Positions 62,999 through 64,000 of a stretch of 64,000 bases of DNA are shown one piece after another (the first letter of the stretch is position 1; each line of letters begins with the position of its first letter). The DNA lies in contig CAZCXH010000001.1 of assembly GCA_964502525.1 (NCBI GenBank), positions 37,480 through 101,479 of the forward strand. The letters run 5' to 3'. This stretch comes from an uncultured Chitinophagaceae bacterium (lineage in GTDB: Bacteria > Bacteroidota > Bacteroidia > Chitinophagales > CAIOSU01). The position numbers were made by a program, and so were the translations under genes. The notes beneath the pieces were generated by a model. The model saw only the letters and a program-made list of their open reading frames with translations. It was not told the DNA's origin and made no database searches.

Positions 62999-64000
62999 AT
63001 GTTAATCAAAATCTATAAACTGCGTTTTCTGTCGTTGGTTTTAGCCGCAGGGCTGCCTTGTTCATTTGCAAATGCCCAGCTTGAACATATTCCTCATGTC
63101 CGCGCGGCAGTGCAGGACAGCCAATACCTGCAAGCCGGTGTGATATTGCTGACCACAAGGGACAACCACGTCAGATATAGCGCTCCCAATCACTTTACGT
63201 CTTCGATTCAAATCGTTGATCCGCTTCAACCATGGCCTCCCATTTTCTTTTCAAATATCAAGGTTAATAAGAATGATATCGGCAGCAACGGAATATTTCA
63301 GGATATCCGTTTTCAGGATGATGTCCGGCAGCTCACATTTTTTCAGGCAGCAAAAGATAAGGCAGACAAGGGCAGTAAAAGCATGTATTTAATCTGCGAT
63401 ACAAATTTTTCAGTGATTGATACTTTCCTGGGAACCACAGGCCATGTCACGGGGCACGGGTTTCAAATTAATTCGAATGGCGAGCGGCTTTACTTTGCGA
63501 ATACGGACACGGTTCTTGATCTTTCCGATTTCAGCGGAGACGACCGGGATACCGCTGTGCCGGTGGCGCTGCAGTTGATTCAGATTCAGGATAAAAACAA
63601 CAGGCTTCTGTTCTCATGGAACCCGCTCGATCACATACCCTTGTCCGACACATACTCAAAACTTCATGAATTTGGCGAGAGGGACCAGTTAATGAATGGT
63701 TGGAACTGGTCACGCGCCACTTCACTGAGGTTTACGCATGACGGGAATATAATTTATTCATTCCGGCACATCGGTGTAGGAAAAATTAACCGTGATACAG
63801 GCATGCTGATGTGGAAGCTGGGGGGCAAATCAACGACATTGATCATGCCTGAAAACGCGGAGTATTACCGCCAGCATGATTTCCAGGAAATCTCCCCTAA
63901 CACTTTCTCGCTTTTTTCAAACGGGGAAGAAGAAACGCCATGCAGGCTGATGATTTTTAAAGTTAATGAGGAGGAGTCAAAGGTGGAAATAGCAAAGGTT
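62999..64000 (+). CDS. arylsulfotransferase (ASST)-family secreted protein, 3' end outside the window
   Basis: ATG 62999, with the frame open to the window end (334 codons); it is absent from the ORF track because it has no stop. Signal peptide ...SFANAQ. Blocks H.F.....G, W.....H.NS, INRDTG...WKLGG and YRQHD resemble ASST beta-propellers. Confidence 0.7.
   Translation, partial: MLIKIYKLRFLSLVLAAGLPCSFANAQLEHIPHVRAAVQDSQYLQAGVILLTTRDNHVRYSAPNHFTSSIQIVDPLQPWPPIFFSNIKVNKNDIGSNGIFQDIRFQDDVRQLTFFQAAKDKADKGSKSMYLICDTNFSVIDTFLGTTGHVTGHGFQINSNGERLYFANTDTVLDLSDFSGDDRDTAVPVALQLIQIQDKNNRLLFSWNPLDHIPLSDTYSKLHEFGERDQLMNGWNWSRATSLRFTHDGNIIYSFRHIGVGKINRDTGMLMWKLGGKSTTLIMPENAEYYRQHDFQEISPNTFSLFSNGEEETPCRLMIFKVNEEESKVEIAKV

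Overview
This 64-kb window looks like a Bacteroidota chromosome segment. The evidence is three proteins with T9SS C-terminal sorting tails, PorT, a FISUMP-domain lipoprotein, DUF4199 and TAnnTTTG-type promoter boxes. About 80% of it is ordinary housekeeping sequence: lpxK, purine nucleoside phosphorylase, Fur-family repressor, purA, pabB-like, tyrS, pyrC-like, tadA, the purN-purH-mreBCD-mrdA-rodA block, DUF47/PiT, dcd, porT-ubiE, engB, glycosyltransferases, a TolC/adaptor pair, a sulfatase and sulfotransferases. I did not recognise any rRNA, tRNA, CRISPR array, transposase or integrase.

The best candidate for something new is a 4.8-kb accessory island at about 14.3-19.1 kb, wedged between pabB and the convergent tyrS.
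- It encodes a small UVR-motif ORF and an Mrr-type PD-(D/E)xK nuclease with an unassigned N-terminal domain.
- It encodes a DEDDh exonuclease (frameshifted) whose stop overlaps the start of a GIY-YIG nuclease.
- It encodes a classical AAA ATPase with an unassigned N-terminal domain, followed by an HTH-WYL regulator.
- I cannot map this combination onto any named defence or repair system.

Other notable observations:
- There are three type II toxin-antitoxin (TA) loci. Two carry single-base frameshifts in the toxin, and one is an unusual MNT + ParE-like pairing.
- A G8 homopolymer frameshift interrupts a T9SS repeat protein.
- An exact 196-bp tandem duplication rewrites the 3' end of a sulfotransferase gene.
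- A 1.7-kb ORF-poor region (51.6-53.3 kb) holds a roughly 685-bp nested inverted repeat, built from two diverged copies of one element, plus a 58-codon ORF with a strong terminator.
- A dispersed repeat of about 125 bp has three copies in the window.

All frame-disrupting lesions fall in accessory genes and none in housekeeping genes. All calls come from reading the sequence and ORF translations by eye. No database search was run.
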